From contig NC_068983.1 in NCBI RefSeq assembly GCF_001194135.2, positions 71,517,622 through 71,571,214 of the forward strand: a DNA stretch of 53,593 nucleotides, written 5' to 3'. Positions within the stretch are counted from its first letter, which is position 1, and every line of letters starts with the position of its first letter. The translations under genes were made by a program, and so were the position numbers. The notes under the pieces are model-generated. The model ran no database searches. It had not been told where the DNA came from and was given only the letters and a program-made list of their open reading frames with translations. Shown in pieces: positions 23,851 to 35,757 of this stretch. Origin of the DNA: Octopus bimaculoides (taxonomy: Eukaryota).

Positions 23851-25822
23851 TATATATATATATGTATATATATATATATAATGTTCATCAATGAAATATT
23901 TGATTTTGTTTTTGTTCAGCTATATCATTATATTATAATTTTTTTTTTACATTTTTTGATATTATATATTTGGCACCGTACTTTAATTCATATCGTATTG
24001 CAATAAAATACATTCTTATTTTATATTTTGCAATTTTGTAATTAGAATATACGATTTTATCAAAGAGACGCAATACTACAAAGTTTTTTTTCCTTTTATA
24101 ATCTAATCAACTACATTGATCCAATGTCTGACTGGTACTCTATCGATGTCAGTAAAATGCAAAGTCAGTTTTGGCAAATTTCAAACTAAGAACATAAAAA
24201 GCATTACTAAATATTACAAAGTGTTTGGTGTAAAATTCTAGCGTTTCTGCCAGTCTAACATCTATCAAATGATTATATAACACATATATTATATCATTTT
24301 ATGTAACATAATATCACGTTCAATGATAATATTGAGCTACCACGAGTTTGATACTCCTGTAAAACATGCAATTCCAGAAAGTACCTTCTTTCAAAACCAT
24401 TATTGAATGGCAGAATCAGTAGAGAACCAGATGAAATGCTTTCACACTGTAGATATGTCCTTTTACATACTTAATTGAAATCTTGCTGAGATCGACTTTG
24501 CTTTTTATTTTTCATTGAAGATGGTCATTGAAATAACTACCAGTCAAAGATTGGAGGTGCCCACCAAACAAATTACTTAGTATTGCACCAATCAAATAAA
24601 TCGTTACTTCTACTTTTATTTTATTCTTATTCTTATATTGCTTTTTATAATATTTTACAATATATCACCTTCAAAATCTTTTTTATAAGCCGTTAGTTAT
24701 AAAGCAGAATATGCATCATCAATAGAATTTTAAAGTAACTATTTCAATAAAGTATTCTGATATTCAATCAGAAGGCCTAAAAAGATGGCAAACAAAATAT
24801 ATCAAAGAAAATAAAATCCTTTTGTTGACAACTATACCAAAACTAAAATTCGACTTGGACAAATCTTTTATTACAATTTAGTAATATATTTTTGCCATAT
24901 TTTATTTTCAATTATCTTATAACAATTTAGCATAATGCTTTTTGCCTTATATCATTTTCAGTTTTTATCGATTTTTTAATATTTCTATTTGCCAATGGTG
25001 ATTACAGGACACTACTTTCTAGATATTCTCAAGGAGAAACGGATTCCATGCTTTATTCACAAATGTAACCTTTCTTTATATGTTATTACATAATGATTGC
25101 CAGGTGTTTATATGCCAGAAATTAGTTTCACAAAGTATTTATATAATTCAAGAGGCACAATTTTCTGTGTGTCTCGGATAATAACACGATAACTGAGTAT
25201 CTTTAATATTATTACATACTGCTGGTAGCCAAGTCATTCCAATACGGCTAATTGCCCTCTGTTGATTAGAAATGGTCTAAACTGCACGTTTTTCCTATCT
25301 ACACTAGTAAAAAATGTTGGTGAAAAGAGGAACATATGACTGAGTGGTCAGAATCCCAGATAACTAGCCATGACCGCGGTAGTTCATATCCTGATCCGGT
25401 CACGGTTTCATAATTGTTTATGTGACAAAGTTATATAACTCTCAAATGGCCTACTTCAAAGTTTTGCAAGAGTAACTACACTTTCTTTGTCCTATATAAG
25501 TTTATATTTAAAAGTACCAAACTACAATTCGCTTGCCTTGCTTCAATAATTTGTCAAACCTTAGGATAAAATATTTATTTTTAAATACATTCCAAACTTT
25601 ATGTCAAAACTCACTTTAGTAGCATTACATACCATTTTATTCCAATGGTCCGAGTTATAAAGAATGATTCTGAAATGTTATATAAGAAGCTTATCTTACC
25701 AGTCCCATACTCCTGTAACATTAACTAAGTAAATGAAGAATATATAAATTGATTGAACAAAACAGGTCGACAGAGAGTTAGCCAGCTAGTCGGACAGTTA
25801 GCTTGTTAGCTAGCTATCAAGC

Positions 25823-25825
<3 letters not shown>

Positions 25826-25856
<31 letters not shown>

Positions 25857-25861
25857 TACAT

Positions 25862-25915
<54 letters not shown>

Positions 25916-25925
25916 GGACGGACGG
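25826..25925. repeat. (CAGA)n/(CGGA)n microsatellite
   Basis: Simple repeat. Confidence 0.95.
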
Positions 25926-28199
25926 AAGGACCGACGGATGGATATAAGGATCGGTGGATAGATGGATGAGTGAATTGTGAAATACTATTCATCGTGGATA
26001 AGGATCATCAATATTCAAACAAATGAAATAGTTACTTATGTTAGGACACTAACATACATGAAAATTCAAATTCTTGACTCATGGAGGAGATTTTTCTATC
26101 AGCTTTTAAACTTACCTGCTTTTCTGATGTTTTGGTATAGTTTAAAATAGATGGTGTCCCTTGTCCCTAACACTGACACCATGTAGGACACATGCTTATG
26201 ATTAATTAAACAAGCATTCAAATTTAAAGCTATGCATGATGGTATTAGTATTATACAAATTCTGCCTTTCCATGAGCTCCCTAACAGCAACCTTAGCACT
26301 TTTAAAAATATATTAGTTATATGGCTTCTCGGTATGTTTTCTACTATATCTATAATAGTTAAGTGTTGTCTACTTCTTTACATGAACGGCTGATGATTGC
26401 TTAGTTTGCACTTTGGATCAAGAGTACACTACTTAATTGTATCGACATCAATATTCCAAATGTGGCTGGTGTTGTGAAAATGCTAAAAGAAAAATTAAAT
26501 CGAAAATTTTAATTATATTTCTTTAAATATACCATTACACAAAATGATTGAAGTATAATTAAATCGTTCTTTAGTTTCTAAACTACGCTAATGGTTTTTA
26601 TTACATCTAAAGCTTTACTTGTGCTATAACAATTATCCTATAATATCATGTGAAGCCAATGAAGTCGACGACTACATGTACAGTCACAGTGAAGTATTTT
26701 TTCAAATGTATGAATGTAAGCAGAGTATAATTATTTTTAAAAAGTACTATATCAAAAGACGACTATATTTTAAATTACGTCGGGCATAATAACCTCAGTA
26801 AACATTAACTTAAAAACATATACTTGTAATTCGATCAGTGTAAAATTGTTGTATATTTAACATCCCAGTTTGAAAAGCTATCAGCTAGCTCTCGTAATTA
26901 TTATATATTTCTAAAATTCCAAATGTATATGGACGTTTAACTGTCATTGTGACTTATCTCCCTTCAATAATCAACGTTTTTAAACTCGAAAAAAATTTCA
27001 CTCAATCGTGCCTTGAGACAAAAATTAACGTTTTTATATCTATAAAAACAAAATAAATATTTTCTTTTCTCTATCTCTTTCTCTCTCGTAATTATAGTTT
27101 AACTCGTGTTAGTCCGCAGGAATTATTTTAATTAAACATATTTTCTTTCATTTTTAATATTAAATTTAAAAACAAAATACTTAAACTTCAAAATATATCG
27201 TAATTTTAAGCAGTTTCTATATGGCTTCTTTCTGTCAGTTTTTTTTTTCTTTTTTTTCTTGTGTTTTGAGTCATTTCTATGTATAATTTTCTTGCAGATT
27301 TATTTAATAAAATTATTGTATGAAAACTAATTAATGATTAATAAAAGTAAACAAATCAATAATTTCACTCTTGTTCCAGGCCTCGTTTTTTATATTGTGA
27401 TTTCACAATTTGTTAAACTGTTGAGGAAAAAAAACTACAATCATCTTTTAATTTTGATGAATTATTACGAAAATGTATGTCCAGATTTACTTTCAGATTT
27501 TCGTAAGTTTCTTTTTGACGTGGCACAAGATCCTACATTTTAGAAGTAGGTTATTTTTGTTGTTATTGCTGCTGGTTAGCTTATTGTGCGCTGTGAGCTA
27601 CAAGACGTATGATCAACGATGTTCTAACCATGACCACCATGTCTTTTTAGAGATATCTGAAACTACACTATCCAATTTCTTTTCATTACTTAATATGATA
27701 TGGCGTCGTTTGAGGGAGATTATTTTATCAAATCGAGCGGCCGTTTTGAAGACGGATGAAGCGCTTTTGCTTTTCTTCGAAGTGGACTTGAGTCAAGTAA
27801 AATTGCTTCACATCCTTGTCTCAGCCGGAGCTTATATTTTACTCTATATCACGTTTTGTAAGATATCATTTTTCATATTAGTACAAGGTTATCGATTTCT
27901 TTTGTAAAGGAGGGCGCAGATTGCGTAAATTAAAGCATAATGATTATTATAATCACGTTTTGGCTTTTCTTTAATTTATACAAACGGCATCCAAATTTCA
28001 ATAAAAAATGTCAAGGAAGAACAAGATTTTGCATCTAAAGATGTTAATAAGTGAGGTGCCAAAAGAAACTGCTGTTTGTGAGTAAAAAAGAATTTCCTTA
28101 TCAAAATTATCATATAACACTAAGTTTAGATTATATTTACAAGAAGAGAAATTTACGTAAAATATGTGAGGTAACCATAAGTATGACCTTTTGCAGTTC

Positions 28200-28930
28200 A
28201 CTTATTTTGAAGCTACAAGGAATTTGGTCTATATATTTGCTTCTTTTGATATCATTCCAATAACAATAGGTAATGTTATTGCTTTGAGATGGCACATTCT
28301 GATTTCTGTCTCCAAGCCCTTACATTTGCTAAATTTCTCAAACGTTTTCAGTGATGTGTTTTTGTTAGCTGGGGCTGCATCACCAATAAAAAGACATGTC
28401 ATTTCAGCGTGATATTTTTTATCTTGTCTGTTAGCCTGTTCACCGATCAGCCTGAACACTGAAATTCCAAAGTATGATAACTTCGCTGTGGTCAACTTCT
28501 CTTGGTTTGTGTTCCCACCAGTTCTCGTTGTGAGGAAGGTTGTATATTGAGAAGTGTATGTGCTGAACTGCATATTGCGTGTAGTCTGTTAGTGCTAGTC
28601 GGCAGCAACCAGAGATTATGTGGTCGATTGTCTCTAGATGTTCTCCACACCAGCAGCACAGAGGGCTGCTTTCACGTTTCAGAACGTCAAACTAATAGTT
28701 CTTTCTTGGAAGGCACTGATCCTGAGCAGCAATAACATACCTTCAGTTTCTATTATAGCTTGAGGTCAGTGCATGTCAGCCACAGCTGGGTAAGGGTTTT
28801 GTCAACATGCCCCTGACTCTAATGAGATATCTGCCGTGCAGTGATTTTGTTTCGCTATATTTATTTATTTTGCTTTGTCAGTTGGGCACACATTTTCTTC
28901 GTATCCTGGTTCGCCTAGTCTCATCTTCGA
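28200..28930 (-). mobile_element. RLE-clade (R4/Dong-like) LINE fragment
   Basis: ETEG..IAAQDQ, CCWCGEHLETIDHIISGC (CCHC), QANRQD, CLFIGDAAPANKNTSLKTFEKFSKCKGLETEI, LPIVIG. Confidence 0.85.
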
Positions 28931-28944
28931 GGATATATTAATAT

Positions 28945-29260
28945 CATTATTATTATTATTTCTCTTTATCACAGGTTTTGTTGGAGCTTCTGGAGTCTTA
29001 CATAAGTAGCGAGGTTGATACCAGCAGCCTACGGTACCATGCTATCCATTCTTTTCAGCTATCTAATACTTTCCTGATTATTCTGGCCGTGCCAAGGAGG
29101 CAAACCTTTTGTAACAGTTCTACTGGGCATTCTTTTCCATTTTCCTTTATATTCCGCTTGATGCTTTCTGATACTGTTCCCAAGGACCCAACAATAACTA
29201 GCACTATCTTCACCTTCTCTATTTTCCATAGTCGGGCTATTTCGTACAAGACGTATTATG
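28945..29260 (-). mobile_element. 3' terminus of another RLE-clade LINE, with 3' UTR and (AAT)n tail
   Basis: YEIARLWKIEKVKIVLVIVGSLGTV..ELLQKVCLLGTARIIRKVLDS* followed by a short UTR and AATAATAATAAT. Confidence 0.85.
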
Positions 29261-29825
29261 TGACCAATCTAAAGAATTTGAGTCAAATATGTGATGTCAC
29301 ATACGGGAGAATAGTGCCTGAAATCGATTTTAAGTCCAAATATTTTTTTAATAAATCTATATATTATTTTAGCTTATATGATAGATATCAATGACAGGAA
29401 TCTATCTATGTTAGTTATATGCAAAAATATTTAGTAGAAAAAAGTACTGAAGTTAAAACCGGCGAAAAAAATGGAGATTAACGCCTGCAATCGACTATTA
29501 TTCTTCTTTCAAAACAAAACTATATTCAAATTTAACTTTTCCGATAGACCTCGACTACAGGAATCCCATGATGCTAATTATATCAAAAAATATTTAAAAT
29601 AAAATACCACCGGGGTCAAATATGCTGAAAACAGTAGTAAAGCCTAAAAGCAAATTCAAAACCTAAACATTTTGTTTAACTCATATGATAGAACTCATCA
29701 AGATGAGTGTCGTGGCGCTAATCTTTTCAAAAAATATTCAAAATGAAAACAATTATTATATAAGCTAAATGTGCAAAAAGTACGTAATACAATTTTCAAG
29801 TATTATTATTACTTATTGCAGTACT

Positions 29826-30031
29826 AAAACGACGACCCGGCAGAGTCGTTAACACGCCGGCTGAAAGCTCTGTCTGTCTCTACATCCTGAGTTCAAATTC
29901 CGCTAAGATCGTCTTTGCCTTTTATTTTTTCGGTATTCGATAAAATGGGTACCAGCTGAACACTGAGGTCGATGTAATCAATTTCCTTCCCCTCCGGGTT
30001 TGATGTCCTTCTGCCAAAATTGGAAACCAAT
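29826..30031 (+). mobile_element. SINE family A copy (diverged)
   Basis: GGCAGAGTCGTTAAC..GAGTTCAAATTCCGC..GGGTACCAG..CTGCCAAAATTGGAAACC. Confidence 0.75.
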
Positions 30032-30194
30032 ATTTCAAAATGTTTGATTCAACTCAGTATTTAGGTATCTTGCAAAGATCTACCTCATATTCATAGAATA
30101 CACTACACTGTAATAAATATCATTCACAAACGGCAGTGTGTGAATAATATTTTTAAGGTCAACATTTACTCACTCGCGGCCACTTCTAGGCTTT

Positions 30195-30254
30195 GTCACT
30201 AATTAAGTTGTCACTAATTAAGTTGTCACTAATTAAGTTGTCACTAATTAAGTT
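30195..30254. repeat. Perfect 15-bp tandem repeat x4 (GTCACTAATTAAGTT)
   Basis: Four identical units read directly from the sequence. Confidence 0.95.
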
Positions 30255-31239
30255 TAAGGTCAACTCCTAAGCTACATTTGGAACTACAAAATTTGAATTT
30301 GGTTCAGTAAAAAAAAAGTTGAGATTTCAAATATGTGAGGTCAAAAAGGGGTGAAATTGACTTCAGGGATATACATGCGACGCTGCATACATGCTTTCGT
30401 AAACACACATACACACGCGCACACATGCGCGCGCACACACACAAGCACACACGCACACACACACAATGCACGCGCGCGCGCACACATGCACATACACATA
30501 AGTAACTTTTAAGACGTCCATGAAGGGAAACAAAGGTGAGTGCGACAAATATATAGCTTTAAGAAGAAAGGGAGTAAGTTGACAACAATTGATGACAAGT
30601 GAACTCTTTTCTGCTGTCCATCGTAAATAAACACTCACACACACACGCACAGTAGTAAGTGCACTATAATTTTAATTTTAAGTACTTTTTATTTTCCTTT
30701 AGAGGTGACAAATTTTACTGTAGAAATCTTGTTCTGTACTTTTCCAAGTGTAATAACTTAAGAATATTAACATGCATGCGCCCACATTTTTCATTGTAAC
30801 GTATGTATGTATATATGTATATATGTATGTATATCTGTATGTATATATGCATGCATGTATTATTGGATGTGTTTCGTCTCGGGTCTTAAAAGGTTAATCC
30901 ATTTAGTTGAAAATACCATTATGAGTTAAAATTTTATTCAACATTTTTTTAAATAAGGACCCCTGCTTCACTGTCTGCAGGGGAAACAGTAAATGTAGGT
31001 CCAAAAAGGCATCTTGTTTAACAAAATTGTACCATCTCGTAAATTTTTTCAGGTGTAAAACCATGGCAGTACCAAAACACACGCCTAGTAGACTGTGAGA
31101 CAGGAAGAGAAATAATTCTTCTGACTACAACCCTAAGTAACAGAGACTACTCTCTATTCAAATCTCACCAACTCGGTTGGCAGTTGTAGTAGGCACAGTG
31201 ACAGAAGAAACGACAGTCTGATAAATGCTAGAACTGAAA

Positions 31240-31450
31240 ACAGCAATAACAAAAATAACTACAACTGTAGTAATTATAACGACCACAGCAGGAATAACTG
31301 TAGCAGCAGCAAAGGTCACAAAAACAACAGCAGCAGCAGCATTACAATCAATAACAACGGCAACAGCGACAGCAGCAGCAACAGCAGAGGCAGCAACAAC
31401 AATTTCAAAGAGAACAATAACAGCAACAACGATAGCATCGACAAAGCAAT
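31240..31450. repeat. Degenerate (CAG/CAA/ACA)n triplet tract
   Basis: Low-complexity triplets; source of the Thr/Ala-rich ORF. Confidence 0.85.
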
Positions 31451-31499
31451 AACTTCTGGCAGAGCACGAAACACCAACGATGGCTGCAATAGTAAGATT

Positions 31500-33050
31500 T
31501 ACTTCGCTTGAGTAGCTTTCACTAACGGGCTATCTCCCTAGAAAACATGCGGGCCAAACTGGAGGATGTCGCTCGATTTAGGAAAACTAAGGGGAGAAGT
31601 GTAGCTATTGCGCCCCTCCTAAAACTCTAGCTGCAACTGCAAGAAAGACTGAAGTACTTCGTTGTATGTTTCAACGTATACTGAAGACAGCCGCAAACAA
31701 ACAAGTAAAAAGGGCTTCCTGAAATGTATGGCAGGCCATCCAGCATATATCTAGGGCAAGACAGTTCGGCAGGGTCGAAATCCTATCTAAGAGTTGCAGT
31801 GCAACAGTCAATGGTCACTCGCTGCAATAATAATTTTGCTCTCTTTCCTTCTCATTTGGGAAAAATTGTAAAGAGCTAGCAATACCGGAATCCCATTAGA
31901 GCTATATTTCTGGTCGTCTCTTGTGTAGTTCTGGTGGTAAGCGATACTCTGCAAGATGTGAATAAAAACGAAGCAGGAAAACTGGTTTAGGAGAACAGAT
32001 TTCATCACTCTACCAAATGGGACAGGGCTTCGAATAATTTTAGAGAGCAGAAGACCGAGATGTTACGTGTGTGGAACAATCGACTATATCAGAGCTTTCT
32101 GCTAACACAACCAAAATGGGAAATGGGAAAGGAGAACCTACTACTGCAGACACTATCACTGCACAACAACAACTGGCTCTTTGGTTATCCCATACGCCCT
32201 CAAGATTTGGAGCATTTTTATCTAGATGAATGCTATCGAAATCATTGTTGAAGTCAGAAAGGTGGTGATAGCTGGTAGTTGCCTTGTGGTGTTGTGATCT
32301 TTTGCAGGCCCCTGATATTAATAAATTAATCGAGGACAATTAGATTAGAATTCACTAATATTGTCAAAGTGTAGCAATAGAGTACTCTCGAATAAAGAGG
32401 GTTGTAATAACGAAACTAGAGCAGGCCTGCAAGAAAGATATTGCGACCGACATGATGTACCATTTCTTCTACTCTAAACATGAAGGCTGAGTTGATAGTG
32501 TTATAACTTCAATCCTAAAGCACTGCGAGATACGAAGACATGGCAGCAAAGGTAAATTATGGCAATAAAACCACGATGTAGTATCAGACAACCCATAATG
32601 GGCTTAGTGTCCGACTTTGAGCAAATGTATGCAATCTTCAAAGAGTCTTTTCACAAACTGGAGAAAGTGGAGAAAGTGGGTGAAAACAGTGAACTTCTAA
32701 AATTTAACTCGACAGTCTGCCTTGTCTCTCGTGTTAGAGAGTTAGGAATATGTGTGAAAAGACTACTATAGACCCCCTGGTGCAGGAGAAGTACTTAATA
32801 GTTGTGAGAGGAGTAAATAGCCTGGTCTGAATGATCTGCTCTGTGATTTTATACTAATATTCTAGAGTTGTCTTTTTCTGTCTTTCTTGACATACCTCTG
32901 CTGGGATTAATGTTGTTTAAGATAGGAAAGAATTGAAACATGCTCTTAAGGAATGACGCAAAATATAGGCGATGTTGAAAATAATTTAGATTCTAAGTTG
33001 GGATAATGTGAGAGCTCAGAGAATGGCGTGTGTTCTTCGTACTATCATCA
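31500..33050 (+). mobile_element. Decayed L1/Tx1-like LINE remnant (ORF1 Zn knuckle; possible endonuclease start). Boundaries are approximate
   Basis: GIPLELYFWSS..DFITLPNGTGLRIILESRRPRCYVCGTIDYIRAFC* (CX2CX4(H>Y)X4C) at ~31890-32105; the downstream similarity is weak. Confidence 0.5.
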
Positions 33051-33802
33051 GTCCTGCACAAGTTTATGCGCTTCTGCAAAGATGTATTCAAGAAAACATT
33101 CGTTTGAATCAATACACTTAAGAAGTAGGGAGTAGTTTTCGTTTGTTTTTTGTTTTGTTTTGTTTTGTTTTGTTCTTTTGTTGGTGCTGGTGGGGAGTGA
33201 AGATATAAAGGTCAGTTGAATGTACCCAACAAAACACTTGCCAAAGCAACAACACATGAACTAGTGTATGTTGCTTGACCACGTTTAGCTTAGTGCTGAT
33301 GGTCAAGTCAAGTAGTTTTCAGTTATTTTTGTTCAAACACCTTCTAATCATGTAAGGGTCATCGAATTATCCTCACACCTTATTACACTTGTAATGAGTT
33401 AGTTAAGTGTCAAACGTTTGGTTCAATCAACTTCCACAACTGTATATACTGGGGAGCTGAGAAATTGCATATTATGGAGGAACATCGTGTTAATTTACTG
33501 GAAATTACTGTAAGGTACAGCTTATCATCAAAAGGATTATTTGGATTTTGTTTTCACGCTACTGTAACTGATCCCATTTATTTGAACTTGCTGCAATAAT
33601 CTGTCATGTGAAACAAGTCTTTGATGATGCTGCAATTTTTATAAGCAAGACGAGGTACCTTCACATTTCCATACTAATGTTAGGGTCTTTCGTCGGTCCG
33701 AGGTTATAGTAGGAAACGCGTGTCTGAGGTGTTTCGTGCTGAGACTGAACATGCGATTCAGACGCGAAACTCTTGCCACACGGCCACTCAAGCTCATAAC
33801 AG

Positions 33803-33828
33803 AAAGACAGACAGACAGACAGATAGAC

Positions 33829-33901
<73 letters not shown>
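33803..33901. repeat. (AGAC)n-(AGAT)n microsatellite
   Basis: Simple repeat. Confidence 0.95.
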
Positions 33902-33902
<1 letters not shown>

Positions 33903-35054
33903 AGCTCTTTTCTAGTATTTTTAATTCTCATGTAAAATATATCTGCAAATATACTTCGGAGTACGGGAAATGCAGATGTGCTTCATAAGGACACAGTTTT
34001 GATTATAACCCTATCAACATACTCTGATTATATAAGAGAACAGGAGGAGACACGTGGGATGGAGAGTATCTGAAGGGGTCACAGGGGCTGTTACGAAACA
34101 TTTCGAGACACAGGACATAAAATAAGAACAATAATAAATCTGGAGTGAAGGACGAATATATAGTGCGTGTGTTTATTTGGAAAAAAATGATAGGCAATTG
34201 TTGTATATATAATGTATATATAAGCATATATGGATGCTAGTCCTGTTTTGTTGTCTCATTCATAATGAAGAGAAGAGAAATAATTATCTCTAATCCTTTG
34301 GTGTGTGTCTTGATATCGTCAGATTGAGAAACATTGCACTATATGATACTGTTAGTGAAGCGGCCAATGTTGTCATGACACAGCTGAGTGAAATATCTAG
34401 TATTGGAGTATATTTCTTGAGTAAATGAAAGCCAAATGAGATGAGGCGGACATAGTATCAATGATGTTCTTTTAACTGTGACATCGTTTAAAACAAAACC
34501 TATTTTGAACTATATATACTAATGTGACTTTTTCCTCATTTCTTTTTCTCTTTTTGTTTTTGTTTTTGGTTTTTTTTTTTGAGACAGTAGGATGTGGCTT
34601 CAGGGAAATTTGGTTGCTATTTCTAGTCGGCCTAGTGATTACGTAGGGTTGCCCTCGCTCTAACGGGTGACGCGACCTACGAGAAATAGCAGCTTCTCTC
34701 GCTCTACCGATTGCTGCTTGTTTCTCTGAGATTGGTCAAATGGATGTAAATACCTCTGATAAGAATCCACCAAGGTTCGAAAATCGATTTAAGTTGTCAT
34801 CGTTTTCTCAATCTACGGAGAAATAGCTAAAATTGCCCTGTTTATATGTCTTTCATATAGGCTACATATTCAAAAGAACGAGTTACCCGCGACTGGAACG
34901 CTTTTCTTTGATATGTCGACTTGAACAGGACGCAGCTAGGACTAAACAACAACAATGTCCTGGGAGAAAGGCGTCCCTCATATAGACGAAACTGTTCTTA
35001 ATCAATCATGTTATATGTAAGGATATCTTACACACACACACACACACACAAACA

Positions 35055-35093
<39 letters not shown>

Positions 35094-35722
35094 CAACCAT
35101 TAGACTATACAGCTATACTGAGGCACTACTTTGAAGGTTTTAGTCAAATAAACCATTCCCGGTACATATTTTTGAAGTCTGGTGCTTATTCTATCGATTG
35201 CTTTTGCGGGGACGTAAACAAACCAATATACATACATATATATGTATGTATGTATTTATGTAGTTACACACACACACACATACATACACGTAAATGCAAA
35301 TACATATATGTGCATACATATGTATATATACACATATACACACGCGCACACACACACATCTACATACTTATGTATATATACATATTTGCACACTCACACT
35401 TTTGAGTGTAGGCACAGAAAGTGTACATGATACATATAATATGTATCAAAATAGAGAAACGGAGGCGAAGGAGGGATATTGAAATATGCAAACAGGGATG
35501 TGTAGGCGACAAAAGCATAAATGAATAGACAGTGTGTGCACGCGCGAGTGAATGTGTGAGAGTGTGCGTATGTGTGTATGTGTAGAATGCTAAAACTCTT
35601 GGCGATTATGGTGCAAGGGAGATAACTTCTGAGCGACTTTTATTTGACTAACCATACAAATTTGTCACTGCCGCACTTTGGATCAGTTTCTTTTTAGCCA
35701 TATAAATAGATGAATGGCCTTT

Positions 35723-35757
35723 AATAATGTGTGGACACAACAATAATGTGTGGACAC
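35723..35757. repeat. 19-bp-period duplication (AATAATGTGTGGACAC x2)
   Basis: Read directly from the sequence. Confidence 0.85.

Noticed and set aside
22904-23894. 300+ aa ORFs in the track (also 37409-37939 and 44222-44553)
   Set aside because: They consist of N-gap X residues.
27473-27907. 144-aa ORF in a GC-richer patch
   Set aside because: No recognisable domain in any frame; may be an unclassified TE fragment.
30195-30254. CRISPR-like array
   Set aside because: No spacers, 15-bp unit, eukaryotic context.
31225-31452. Thr/Ala-rich mucin-like ORF
   Set aside because: Degenerate triplet microsatellite.
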